NCBI GenBank assembly: GCA_038214915.1
Contig: JBBQRI010000001.1
Coordinates: 1 to 50,476 of the forward strand
From: Chthoniobacterales bacterium
GTDB lineage: Bacteria; Verrucomicrobiota; Verrucomicrobiia; Chthoniobacterales; UBA10450
Reading direction: 5' to 3'
DNA length: 50,476 bases
Part shown: one piece after another, positions 35,127 through 44,602 of the stretch
Layout: each line of letters begins with the position of its first letter
How positions within the stretch are numbered: position 1 is the stretch's first letter
Position numbers and translations under genes: made by a program
The notes under the pieces: generated by a model
What the model was told of the DNA's origin: nothing
The model's input: only the letters and a program-made list of their open reading frames with translations
The model's database searches: none

Positions 35127-35278
35127 GAAAAAACGTACGAGCAAAAGTTCGAAACGCAAGCTGCGCGCCGCGCGGAATCATTACACCAATACAGTGGATT
35201 CATTAACACTTGCAAAAACAACGGTTCAGGGCGAACCCGCTTGTGAGACAAATGTCCCGGTGGCAAAATTTCGCTGAG

Positions 35279-35749
35279 ATGAGAGTAATCGGTATTTTCT
35301 GCGCAATAAGTGCTTTCGCGCTTTGGACTACTTCTGCGGAGAGTCCCGAACCGCACGAAGGACAATCAGCCGAGTCCGCGCAACTTGAAGCTTTGGCAAA
35401 AAAGATTGACGAACAAAACGCGAAGATCGACGCGCTTTCTCAGGAGATTCTCAAACTGGAGCAACAACTCTCGCATGCTCGACCAGGTGTAATGATCGGA
35501 GAAGCTTCACCCGCCCCAGCAACCGCTGCCGCTCCCGCAGCATCTCTATCGCATTCCCCCGTCGAAGGTAACACGCACACTGTTGCGCGCGGAGAAACGC
35601 TCACGTCCATCGCGAAAATGTACAAAGTGACCGTGGACGATTTGCAAAAAGCCAACCATATCGAAGACGGCCGTAAATTGCAGGCCGGCCAAACCATCAT
35701 CATTCCGACGACCGCGTCGCCTGCTGCTTCCAGCTCGCCGTCGCCGTAA
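35279..35749 (+). CDS. Secreted coiled-coil protein with a C-terminal LysM domain
   Basis: The signal peptide is MRVIGIFCAISAFALWTTSA. The LysM domain is HTVARGETLTSIAKMYKVTVDDLQKANHIEDGRKLQAGQTIIIP. The longest ORF starts at TTG 35210. Confidence 0.75.
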   Translation: MRVIGIFCAISAFALWTTSAESPEPHEGQSAESAQLEALAKKIDEQNAKIDALSQEILKLEQQLSHARPGVMIGEASPAPATAAAPAASLSHSPVEGNTHTVARGETLTSIAKMYKVTVDDLQKANHIEDGRKLQAGQTIIIPTTASPAASSSPSP

Positions 35750-35763
35750 CGAAGAACCCTCCC

Positions 35764-36312
35764 ATGAATCAAAAGTGGTTTCTTCGCAAACACGAGGATG
35801 GAAGCACCTTCGGCCCCGTGCAGTTCGACCAGATCACGCGTTGGGCTGCTGCGGCGCAGATCGCGCCGCACGACACTCTGTCCAGCGACGGCCAGACGTG
35901 GGTCAAAGCGCCGATGGTCCCGCAGCTGAGCATGGACTGGCTTGTCGAGCTAACAAGTGAGCATTACTATGGACCGACTACGCTCGGTACCTTGCGGGAA
36001 TTTATTCGGCTCGGCGAAATTGATGGCGAAACTGTCGTGATCAACAGCTGTGACGGTACTCGCCGCCAAGTCCGGGAAATGACTGACCTGTGGCAAACCG
36101 CGAAGTCGGAGGCCGACGAAAACCAATTCCAAATTAAACTCGGCGGTCCCGTCGGGCCAGCCGTAGCGAAAATGTCCATTCGTCTTCAGGAACGAATTCG
36201 CGATCTTGAGCAAACGCTCGAGGAAGAACGCGGTGCGCTTGCCGAGAGCCAGCAGCGTTACAACGAGCTGGAGCGAAAATACCAGGACCTTTTGCTGCGC
36301 GATCTCTCCTAA
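35764..36312 (+). CDS. GYF_2 (DUF4339) domain protein with a C-terminal coiled-coil
   Basis: The first copy is WFLRKHEDGSTFGPVQFDQITRWAAAAQIAPHDTLSSDGQTWVKA. A second degenerate copy is YYGPTTLGTLREFIRLGEI. Confidence 0.65.
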   Translation: MNQKWFLRKHEDGSTFGPVQFDQITRWAAAAQIAPHDTLSSDGQTWVKAPMVPQLSMDWLVELTSEHYYGPTTLGTLREFIRLGEIDGETVVINSCDGTRRQVREMTDLWQTAKSEADENQFQIKLGGPVGPAVAKMSIRLQERIRDLEQTLEEERGALAESQQRYNELERKYQDLLLRDLS

Positions 36313-36341
36313 CTCAGGGAATCTTGATTCCAGCCAACTTG

Positions 36342-38177
36342 TTAGACCGGCAATCGCTCCTCTTCCGGTTCCGCAACTTCTGAGGTGACAATTTCCTCCT
36401 GCGGCTCTGCTTGCCGCTGAGGCGACGATTCTAACAGACTCTGCCGGCATAGCTGCGCGTATTTTTGATCCAGCACGAGCAATTCCTCGTGCGTGCCCCG
36501 CTCGACAACGCGGCCGTGATCCAACACCAGGATCTGGTCCGTACCCACGATCGTCGAAAGCCTGTGCGCAATCACAATCGACGTCCGATTCGCCATCAAA
36601 TGTTCAAGAGCCTCCTGGATTAAGCGTTCCGTCGCCGTGTCCACACTGGCAGTTGCTTCATCGAGAATCAAAATCGGCGGATCCTTAAGCAACGCCCGCG
36701 CAATTGAGAGCCGCTGTTTCTCGCCAACGCTCAATTTCACGCCGCGCTCGCCAACCACGCTTTCAAACCCCTGCGGCAAACGTTCGATGAACTGTCGCGC
36801 GTTCGCGGCATCCACCGCGCGCCATAGTTCCGCGTCACTGGCCGTTGGTTTCCCCATCAAAAGATTTTCGCGAATCGATCCGTTGAAAAGGAAGCTTTCC
36901 TGCGTCACCACGCCGATCACTTCGCGCAAAGTGCGCAGGTCGTACTCTCGAACGGGTTTGTCATCGACGTAAATCTGGCCGGAGTCGAACTCGTAAAAGC
37001 GCACAAGCAAATTCACCAGCGTGGATTTTCCCGCGCCAGTCGCGCCGACCAGCGCAGTCGTGGTGCCCGGCAGCGCGTGAAATGAAATGTGCCGAAGCGC
37101 AGATAACCCGTCGACATAACTAAAGCTCACATCTTCGTAGCGAATGTCGCCGATGATGCGTGCACTGTAGCCGCGGTCGATGGTCGCGGTGCCGGAGTCA
37201 CCGGCCCCGGCTACAACCCCTGGCTCGGCGTCTTCATCGAGAATTTCAAAAACACGTTCGCCTGCCGCGCGGCCGGCCTGCACCAATTGATTCAGCTGAT
37301 GCAACCGGCTGATCGGATCATAAAGAAATGCCATGAGCATCAGGATCCCGACCAGATCGCCCAGCTGCAAGCTGCCAGTCAAAACGGCGTGACTACCAAA
37401 TCCCAGCACGAGCAACGCACCGATTGCTTCGAACATCGACATCGACGGCGAGTAAATCGCCCATGTCCTCATCACCACCAGCGTGGCGTGCCGCAGTTGA
37501 TCGCTGGCTCGATTGAACCGCGCGTGTTCCTGGCGTTCGCGCGCGAAGCTTTTGATTTGACGAACCCCGGCAAGATTGTCGTGCAACAGCGCGTTGATAT
37601 TCGATGCAGCGCGCCGCTGTAATCGATATCGCCGGTGCGCCGTTAGCGTATACGCGAGCGCGCCCACAATCAGCAGCGGCAGCGGCACCAGCGCAAGCAA
37701 TGCGAGCTTTGCGTTCCAATAAAACATCACCGCCACCACGATCACGATTTGTAAAACCGCGACGACGCCTTGCTCGATTCCGTCGATCAACACGCGCTCG
37801 ACCGAGTTTACGTCTTCGATCACGCGCGTCATCAGGTCGCCCGTCGCTCGATTATCGAACCAGCGCAACGGGAGCAGTTGAATGTGTGAATACAAATCGC
37901 TGCGCAGATCGAAAATGACTTTCTGCTCGAATGTGTTGTTCAGAATGATCCGGAGCGAATTGAAAAGGTGCTGAACAAGAAAAGCCACTGCGGCGAGCAA
38001 AATCAGCGGCAGCAATTTGTCCGGCTGATTCGCGCGTACCACGTCATCAATGATCCATTTCGTCACGCTCGGAAACACGATGACCATCAACGTGCTCATG
38101 ATCGCGCACGCGAGCGTTCCCACAGCCAACCCGGGATACCGCTTTAGATATGCAAATACGCGCCAGACCGTTTTCAT
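36342..38177 (-). CDS. ABC exporter, fused permease/ATPase (MsbA-like)
   Basis: It has six N-terminal TM helices, Walker A GATGAGKST, the signature LSVGEKQRLSIARA and Walker B ILILDEATS. Confidence 0.9.
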   Translation of the reverse strand: MKTVWRVFAYLKRYPGLAVGTLACAIMSTLMVIVFPSVTKWIIDDVVRANQPDKLLPLILLAAVAFLVQHLFNSLRIILNNTFEQKVIFDLRSDLYSHIQLLPLRWFDNRATGDLMTRVIEDVNSVERVLIDGIEQGVVAVLQIVIVVAVMFYWNAKLALLALVPLPLLIVGALAYTLTAHRRYRLQRRAASNINALLHDNLAGVRQIKSFARERQEHARFNRASDQLRHATLVVMRTWAIYSPSMSMFEAIGALLVLGFGSHAVLTGSLQLGDLVGILMLMAFLYDPISRLHQLNQLVQAGRAAGERVFEILDEDAEPGVVAGAGDSGTATIDRGYSARIIGDIRYEDVSFSYVDGLSALRHISFHALPGTTTALVGATGAGKSTLVNLLVRFYEFDSGQIYVDDKPVREYDLRTLREVIGVVTQESFLFNGSIRENLLMGKPTASDAELWRAVDAANARQFIERLPQGFESVVGERGVKLSVGEKQRLSIARALLKDPPILILDEATASVDTATERLIQEALEHLMANRTSIVIAHRLSTIVGTDQILVLDHGRVVERGTHEELLVLDQKYAQLCRQSLLESSPQRQAEPQEEIVTSEVAEPEEERLPV

Positions 38178-38281
38178 TCATGACAAATTTACCAGAAGCC
38201 TGCGAATGACGCGAATGGCTTCGCCGCGTTGAATCGTTAGACCATGATTGGCCAAAACGGATTCGTGGTTAAGATTCGCGC

Positions 38282-38662
38282 GTGCCGAATCAATCGCACT
38301 TCTTGCCGGACGAAATTCATATCGAGCAGCTTGACGTTTTCACGCGCATCGGAGTTCCAGAAGAAGAACGCGCGAATCCGCAAAGGTTGACGGTGAGCAT
38401 TTCCTTCTGGTCGTATCAGCAGACGAGCAATCTGGCCGACCACATCGAACGAACGGTAAACTATTCAACCGTTGCGGAGGAAACGAAGAATTTTGTGCGC
38501 GATCAGTCCGTTAGTCTGATCGAGACGTTGGCGGAACGGCTGGCAAGTCATTTGCTCAAGAGTTTTCCGATTCAAAAGGTGACGATCGAACTGCGGAAGT
38601 TTGCGCTACAAAACGCAAAATATGTTTCCGTCACCGTCACCCGAACTGCATGCGTCGGTTGA
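38282..38662 (+). CDS. folB: Dihydroneopterin aldolase
   Basis: 126 aa with a GTG start. The pattern IHIEQLDVFTRIGVPEEERANPQRLTVSISF...VNYSTVAEE is the FolB pattern. Confidence 0.8.
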   Translation: MPNQSHFLPDEIHIEQLDVFTRIGVPEEERANPQRLTVSISFWSYQQTSNLADHIERTVNYSTVAEETKNFVRDQSVSLIETLAERLASHLLKSFPIQKVTIELRKFALQNAKYVSVTVTRTACVG

Positions 38663-39398
38663 CCATGAACGGACACGAATACGCGCAGAGGCAGTAGTGT
38701 CCGGAGTCTACAGCGGACCGCTTGGAACATGGATTTTCGCGCGTGAACGCGCTGATCAAACGTCGGCGAGCAAATTTGCCGCTGAAGACAGCGACCACTA
38801 CAATTGCTGGATGAAAGGCGGTAATTGGAAAACGATCTCAAGCGAGCGGCACTTCGCCGATCGGAATCTCGAAGTTGTAACCGATCGTGTGCAAACACCC
38901 GCCCATCCCGACCCGCGGGCTTGGACGATCGTGTATCGCAAACCGGCAGTCGTCGTCGCACCGATGACGCGCGACGGAAAAATCATTCTGATTCATCAGG
39001 AACGAATCCCGATCGGGCAAACAATTTGGGAAATGCCATCAGGTCAGATCGACGATCACAATGCTGACGAGGACAAAATCAAGGACACAGCTTTGCGTGA
39101 ACTTCGCGAAGAAACGGGCTACGAGTTGGCTCCAGACGGCGAGTTGATTTCGTTAGGCTATTATTTTTCTTCACCGGGGTTCACCGATGAGCGCGGTTAT
39201 TTCTTTCTGGCCCGTCCAATTCAACCCTGCGAAGCGGGCCCGGACCGGGATGAAGGCGAATCGATTATCGATTGCCGCGGATTCATCAGCGAAGAGATTC
39301 GTCGCATGATTGCGGACAATGAAATTCGCGACGCCAACACGCTTGGCATTTGCGCCACGCTCGCCGCCCGGGGTCTTCTTTCGCTCGCGCCGCACTGA
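38601..39398 (+). CDS. NUDIX hydrolase (ADP-ribose pyrophosphatase-like)
   Basis: The Nudix box is GQIDDHNADEDKIKDTALRELREETGY. The true start is uncertain: the longest ORF overlaps folB by 62 nt, and an internal ATG at 38811 is possible. Confidence 0.75.
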   Translation: MRYKTQNMFPSPSPELHASVDHERTRIRAEAVVSGVYSGPLGTWIFARERADQTSASKFAAEDSDHYNCWMKGGNWKTISSERHFADRNLEVVTDRVQTPAHPDPRAWTIVYRKPAVVVAPMTRDGKIILIHQERIPIGQTIWEMPSGQIDDHNADEDKIKDTALRELREETGYELAPDGELISLGYYFSSPGFTDERGYFFLARPIQPCEAGPDRDEGESIIDCRGFISEEIRRMIADNEIRDANTLGICATLAARGLLSLAPH

Positions 39399-39411
39399 GG
39401 TTTCGGGTCCG

Positions 39412-40194
39412 ATGGCGTTGCGAGACATTTTCAAATTTCGTGATCCGCCGGAGACCGAAACGTCCAAGCCGTTTCTCGAGCATTTGGAAGACTTGCGCTG
39501 GACCATCGTGAAGATCGCTCTCACGCTCGGTGTCACGATGATTGTTTGTTTCGCGTTTCGGTCGACGCTGGTGCGGATTATCCAAGCGCCGCTTAACCAT
39601 CTTGGGTCACAAGTCGGAACGCTCAAGGCGCTCGGCATCACAGATTCGATCGTGATTTCATTTCATCTGGCGTTTTACGCCGGGATCGTTTTGTCCTTCC
39701 CGCTGCTCCTGTATTTTCTCGCGGAATTCGTTTTGCCGGCGCTCACCATTGTAGAGAAACGGTTTCTACTTCCAGCGATCGCCGTCAGCTTCGCGCTCTT
39801 TCTCCTGGGCGTTCTGGTTTGCTATTTTTGGTTGCTGCCGAAAACGATTCTTTTTTTCTTTCACGACACCGAATCGCTCGGCTGGGCGCCGACATGGACG
39901 GTGCAGCAGTATTACTCGTTCGTGACGCGATTTACTATCGGATTTGGTCTGGCGTTTGAACTGCCGGTCGTCGTGCTGGCGCTGGTCCGATTCGGACTGA
40001 TCACGTACCGCTTCATGGCGCGCACCCGTCCCTATGCCATCGTGCTCATCTTTATTATGGCAACAATCATCACGCCTACGCCTGATATTCTGACGTTGAT
40101 CGCCATGGCGCTGCCGATGTGTCTGCTATACGAAAGCTGCATCTGGATTGCATGGTTGATGGAGCGCCGCGCATCGAAACGGATCGCCAACTAA
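39412..40194 (+). CDS. tatC: Twin-arginine translocase subunit TatC
   Basis: From ATG 39412: FLEHLEDLRWTIVK, six TM helices, and the FGLAFELPVV motif. Confidence 0.9.
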   Translation: MALRDIFKFRDPPETETSKPFLEHLEDLRWTIVKIALTLGVTMIVCFAFRSTLVRIIQAPLNHLGSQVGTLKALGITDSIVISFHLAFYAGIVLSFPLLLYFLAEFVLPALTIVEKRFLLPAIAVSFALFLLGVLVCYFWLLPKTILFFFHDTESLGWAPTWTVQQYYSFVTRFTIGFGLAFELPVVVLALVRFGLITYRFMARTRPYAIVLIFIMATIITPTPDILTLIAMALPMCLLYESCIWIAWLMERRASKRIAN

Positions 40195-40198
40195 TCGC

Positions 40199-41293
40199 GT
40201 GCAGCATTCGACTCAGAATCTTCTCTTCAGCGCGTTTGCCTTCGTGCTCGGCGCGGCGGTCGGCTCGTTTTTGAACGTTTGCATCTACCGCTGGCCGGTC
40301 GATCTCTCCATCAATCGGCCGCGTCGGTCGTTTTGCCCGAAGTGCAACCAGCCGATTCCATGGCATCACAATCTTCCGTTGGTCAGCTGGCTCGCGCTTA
40401 GTGGTCGATGCGCAAATTGCAGCGCAAAAATTTCGTTCCGCTATTTCGCGGTGGAACTCCTAACCGCACTTCTTTTCCTTGCGATCTGGCAAAGTTTTCC
40501 GTGGCAGGTGGCGATTGCGTATTGGATTTTCGTTTCGTTCCTGATCATCGGCACGTTTATCGATTTTGAGCATTTCATTATTCCGGACCGCGTGACAATC
40601 GGCGGAACAATCGTGGGCGTGGCTTGCAGCATTGTTGTTCCAGCTTTGATGCAGACAGATTCGCGCGTGGCTGCCGGTGTTCGCGCCGCGCTGGCCGCTG
40701 CACTCGGCTACGTGATCCTCTGGATCGTGCTCGAAGCGGGAAAGATCGCTTTCGGCAGAAAACGGATCGAGTTCGACGCGCCGACGACGTTTACATGGAT
40801 AAAACGCGGCGACGACGCCGATTTCGTCGTGGGCACCGAAGAAAGTCTTTGGAGCGAATATTTTGCCCGTGAGAAAGATCAGTTGCTGCTCCATTGCGAT
40901 GAAGTTCGGATTGATGATCGCGACTATGGAGAGGTGAGGCTGACGTTTCGCTACGATCGCGTCACCGCCGACGGTCATGTGCTGATGCTCGACGATGTAA
41001 CGCACATCTCCGGTGTTACGCGCGAACTGGTCATCCCGCGCGAGGCAATGGGGCGAGGTGACCTGAAATTTCTTGCCGCGATCGGCGCATTCCTTGGCTG
41101 GCGCGCGGTGTTGTTCAGCTTGTTCGCCGGATCACTTCTCGGTTCAGTGATCGGCTTGGTGACGCTTGTCGTCGGAAAACCTGTTTGGTCAGCCAAACTA
41201 CCGTTTGGACCGTATCTGGCATTCGGCGCACTGGCCTGGATGTTTTTTGGCGCAATCGTTTTGCGTTGGTACGGAACGCTTCTCAGCCCGTGA
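40199..41293 (+). CDS. pilD: Prepilin peptidase (A24 family) with an unusually long loop between the catalytic Asp residues
   Basis: The N-terminal Cys-rich region is CPKCNQPI...GRCANCSAKI. The first Asp is in IDFEHFIIPD and the second in GRGDLKF. They are about 166 aa apart, against roughly 65 in the textbook enzymes I recall. Confidence 0.8.
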   Translation: MQHSTQNLLFSAFAFVLGAAVGSFLNVCIYRWPVDLSINRPRRSFCPKCNQPIPWHHNLPLVSWLALSGRCANCSAKISFRYFAVELLTALLFLAIWQSFPWQVAIAYWIFVSFLIIGTFIDFEHFIIPDRVTIGGTIVGVACSIVVPALMQTDSRVAAGVRAALAAALGYVILWIVLEAGKIAFGRKRIEFDAPTTFTWIKRGDDADFVVGTEESLWSEYFAREKDQLLLHCDEVRIDDRDYGEVRLTFRYDRVTADGHVLMLDDVTHISGVTRELVIPREAMGRGDLKFLAAIGAFLGWRAVLFSLFAGSLLGSVIGLVTLVVGKPVWSAKLPFGPYLAFGALAWMFFGAIVLRWYGTLLSP

Positions 41294-41376
41294 TGCGGTT
41301 CCGTCTCCAGCCGGACGTCGGATGAGCTTGCGGCGCAGAATTGACGAGAGCGAATCTCGGACAAGTACTGTCAGAA

Positions 41377-41751
41377 ATGGATTTCCCGTCAGGGCCGTGG
41401 ACTGGTTTTTACAATTACGGGCGCAGCCCGCGCAAACATCGGATGGATCTCGTGCTGATCTTTGCTGATCACACGGTTTCAGGCGATGGAAGCGACGACA
41501 TCGGCCAATTCGGCCTTACCGGGCGGTTCGATGGCACAAACGGTGAATGTTACTGGGCGAAGACTTACATCGGCGCGCACGAGGTTTACTATCACGGGTT
41601 TCGCGAGGGCAAAGGGATTTGGGGATTATGGGAATTGCCTAACGAGTCAGGCGGCTTTCACGTCTGGCCACTTGGACAGGGCGAAGGCGAACAGAATTAT
41701 GAGAGCGCGGAAGAGCCCGCGCCAGTGGAAGCAGTTGCGGTAGTAACCTGA
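41377..41751 (+). CDS. Hypothetical protein
   Basis: The sequence is protein-like (MDFPSGPWTGFYNY...CYWAKTYIGAHEVYYHGF..GIWGLWE) and I recognise no family. Its 3' end overlaps the convergent gene by 55 nt. The longest ORF starts at 41341. Confidence 0.45.
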   Translation: MDFPSGPWTGFYNYGRSPRKHRMDLVLIFADHTVSGDGSDDIGQFGLTGRFDGTNGECYWAKTYIGAHEVYYHGFREGKGIWGLWELPNESGGFHVWPLGQGEGEQNYESAEEPAPVEAVAVVT

Positions 41752-43280
41752 GTGTGAACTCCCACTGGCCTCTGGTCGGCGCGAATGACAGGTCGCCGCA
41801 GCATCAGCGCGAGATTAATCAGCTCGCACTTCAACCAGCGACGCAGTCCACGTGAAATTTGTTTGCGGAGCCGCCTGTCAGGAACGAATCCGTCGTAGAG
41901 TTCGCGCCAGCCGGCGTTTCGTTTTCCGTAATAGCCGGTCGCCCATCGGCGATTTGCGAGAGCAACAAGCCGGCGATTGTAAAAGTTCATCACATTCCGG
42001 GCGAACCTGCCTCCTTTCCCAGTGAAGGGCAGCGTAAGAAACGCGGATTCCGGATCCCGATAGACTCGTCGAACTAAGCCGGTGTAGTAACTGCTCACAT
42101 CGAGGAGCAGCGCCGCTGACGTTAAGTCTGCGTCGCCCATGTAATAATATTTATCCTTGTACAGACTCTCGAACCACGAACGGTAAGTAACCGGATATTG
42201 TTGGTTGTAATGATGTAATCGCTCGGTGACGTCTTCGCCCTTGAGACTGCGCGCAAGTAAATCCGCCACGTAATAGGAAGTGTAAGAACAAAAATCGAGA
42301 CCCGGACTGTAAAGCGGATCGATGAACCCGGCGGCATCGCCCACCATCGCCCAACCGTCACCGCAAACTTTTTCGCTATGATACGGCAGCATCGAAAGCG
42401 CGTGCACGTCGCCTTCGATCACTTTTGCTGCGCCGAAGATTTCGCGGCCGACGGGGTTGTTCAGAATGTGCGCGTGTAATCGTTGTCCCAGAGTCAGTCC
42501 CTCTGGAAATTTGAAGATGCGACTGTCGTAAACGATACCGGCGCTGACATCGCCGCCCTGCAACGGAATGATCCAAACCCACCAGCCGCGCCCGAAAAGA
42601 TGGTTCGTGGCCCACTCGCGTCCTGTTCGACAAGAGTTCGCGTAATCGGGAAAACGTTCGCGCCATTCGTAGCTGTCCCATTCTTTGACGCCGCTAAAGC
42701 GCGCCCACACCGCGTTGATGGGGTGCTCTGTGTTCGGGCGAAAATATCCGAGCTTTCGCGCGAACATGGCCGCGCGGCCTGTAGCATCGACGATCCAACG
42801 GCAGGCAGCAGTGCGCTCCTCACCGTCGACAACGGCGTTCACCGTTTGTCCATTACCGTCATTTAGTTCAAAACCTGTGACCTTTGCGGGTCGCCATAAA
42901 TCGCAGCCCAATCGGCATGCGAGGTCAAGCATGTGCGAATCGAGCTTCGCGCGGTCCACTTGAAAACCGGGCAGCCGGCTCTGGTAGCGTGTGCCGATCT
43001 CCACGCAATCGTCAAAGGGCTGATCGGACCGGTTTGAAAACCAGAGGCGCAATCCCTGTTTCGGCAACTGATGATGTCCGAGATAATGCGTCAGACCCAA
43101 AATTCGCGTCATGTAGCAACTGCTCACCTCGGTCGTCGATTCGCCCACCTTGCGATCGAACGCAGTTGTCTTTTCGATAATCAGTACCCGTGCTTCGGGG
43201 TGTTTGCGTTTCAGCATGAGAGCGGTTGCCGCGCCGGAAAACGCGCCCCCGATGATCACGACGTCGTAATCGAAATTCAT
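41697..43280 (-). CDS. FAD-dependent oxidoreductase with flavin-dependent halogenase signatures
   Basis: Motifs are GGAFSGAATA (GxGxxG), KVGES, WxWxIP (WWVWIIP) and FxxPxxSxG (FIDPLYSPG). Confidence 0.75.
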   Translation of the reverse strand: MNFDYDVVIIGGAFSGAATALMLKRKHPEARVLIIEKTTAFDRKVGESTTEVSSCYMTRILGLTHYLGHHQLPKQGLRLWFSNRSDQPFDDCVEIGTRYQSRLPGFQVDRAKLDSHMLDLACRLGCDLWRPAKVTGFELNDGNGQTVNAVVDGEERTAACRWIVDATGRAAMFARKLGYFRPNTEHPINAVWARFSGVKEWDSYEWRERFPDYANSCRTGREWATNHLFGRGWWVWIIPLQGGDVSAGIVYDSRIFKFPEGLTLGQRLHAHILNNPVGREIFGAAKVIEGDVHALSMLPYHSEKVCGDGWAMVGDAAGFIDPLYSPGLDFCSYTSYYVADLLARSLKGEDVTERLHHYNQQYPVTYRSWFESLYKDKYYYMGDADLTSAALLLDVSSYYTGLVRRVYRDPESAFLTLPFTGKGGRFARNVMNFYNRRLVALANRRWATGYYGKRNAGWRELYDGFVPDRRLRKQISRGLRRWLKCELINLALMLRRPVIRADQRPVGVHTQVTTATASTGAGSSALS

Positions 43281-43426
43281 CGCTCGAAGAGGATGGCCTT
43301 TATACCGCTTCAGAGCAAGAGCGTGAGTGACGCAGACAACCCTGTCTCCGAGCTATTGCCACGACCGCAGCGACTATTTCGATTGAGCCCCCATCACAGT
43401 GCAGGCAGGATTGCTTGCATCACGAG

Positions 43427-44602
43427 ATGATCTTCACGAACGCACTTTTGATTTTTCCCGATGGAATTCGCGACGGGCTTGAAGTTGTCGTGGAACAGGG
43501 AAAAATCGCCGCGATCCGTCCGCCTATGCCGAGGCTACGGCAGACAGGCGAGCGGGTACACGGAAAAGACGTCATTGATCTAAATGGAAATTATCTTGCG
43601 CCCGGTTTTATCGATCTTCATGTACACGGCGCGCTTGGCCGCGACACGATGGAAGCCTCGGCTGAAGCGTTTCGCTCTATTTGCGATTTCCACGCGAGTG
43701 GCGGCACGACATCACTTCTGCTCACGACAGCGACAGCGCCTCTCGACGAGATCGTTAAGGTGTTGCAAGCGGTTCGCGACTATCGATCAGCGATCAGTCC
43801 GATTGTCGGTGTTCATGTCGAAGGGCCATTTATTTCGAAAGCGAAAGCCGGAGCGCAACGCGTCGAGTTCATTCAGGACCCCTCACCGGTTGCTGTGCAG
43901 CAGTTGCTCGAACACGCGAACGTACTGAAGCGTGTAACGATCGCGCCCGAACTGCCCGGAGCACTTGAAGCGATCGAAATCTTCCATGCGCGTGGGATCA
44001 GCGTGAGCGGCGGACATAGCGATGCTTGGGATGAAGACGCCCGGGCGGCATTCGATCGTGGTATGCGCAGCGTGACGCACACGTTTAATTGCATGTCCAG
44101 CTCGCGCGGTCGCGGCGTTTATCGGGTAGCCGGTTTGCTCGAATTTGCATTGAGCGAACCAGACATGAGTTGTGAACTAATCGCCGACTGTCATCACGTT
44201 TCAACCACGCTGATGAAAATGTTATATCGCGCAAAAGGCCCACACCGAATCTGCCTGGTGACCGACGCAACCGCTGGTGCCGGATTGCCGGAAGGATCGC
44301 AGTTCGCGCTCTTCGGTAAGGATTGCATCGTGGAAAACGGAGTCTGTCTCCTGGCTGATCATTCAGCGCTCGCGGGCAGCGCCGCGCGCATGATCGACCT
44401 CGTGCGCAAGATGGTGCGCGAGGTGAACGTTCCGTTGCATGAAGCCATCGCGATGGCGACGGAAAATCCCGCGCGCGCTATCGGTCTCGAAACGAAAGGT
44501 CGCCTTATCGTCGGAGCGGACGCTGATTTGCTTGTGCTTTCGCCGCAGTTGGATGTAGTGCGAACGTTCCGCTGCGGTGAGGTAGTGTCGTCTCCGTCAT
44601 AG
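43427..44602 (+). CDS. nagA: N-acetylglucosamine-6-phosphate deacetylase
   Basis: Motifs are GFIDLHVHGALG, HVEGPFIS and THTFN. The longest ORF starts at TTG 43415. Confidence 0.85.
   Translation: MIFTNALLIFPDGIRDGLEVVVEQGKIAAIRPPMPRLRQTGERVHGKDVIDLNGNYLAPGFIDLHVHGALGRDTMEASAEAFRSICDFHASGGTTSLLLTTATAPLDEIVKVLQAVRDYRSAISPIVGVHVEGPFISKAKAGAQRVEFIQDPSPVAVQQLLEHANVLKRVTIAPELPGALEAIEIFHARGISVSGGHSDAWDEDARAAFDRGMRSVTHTFNCMSSSRGRGVYRVAGLLEFALSEPDMSCELIADCHHVSTTLMKMLYRAKGPHRICLVTDATAGAGLPEGSQFALFGKDCIVENGVCLLADHSALAGSAARMIDLVRKMVREVNVPLHEAIAMATENPARAIGLETKGRLIVGADADLLVLSPQLDVVRTFRCGEVVSSPS

Noticed and set aside
36318-36331. Short hairpin GGAATC-TT-GATTCC between the convergent GYF and ABC genes as a terminator
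   Set aside because: The stem is only 5-6 bp with a 2-nt loop and no U-tract. It is not distinguishable from chance.
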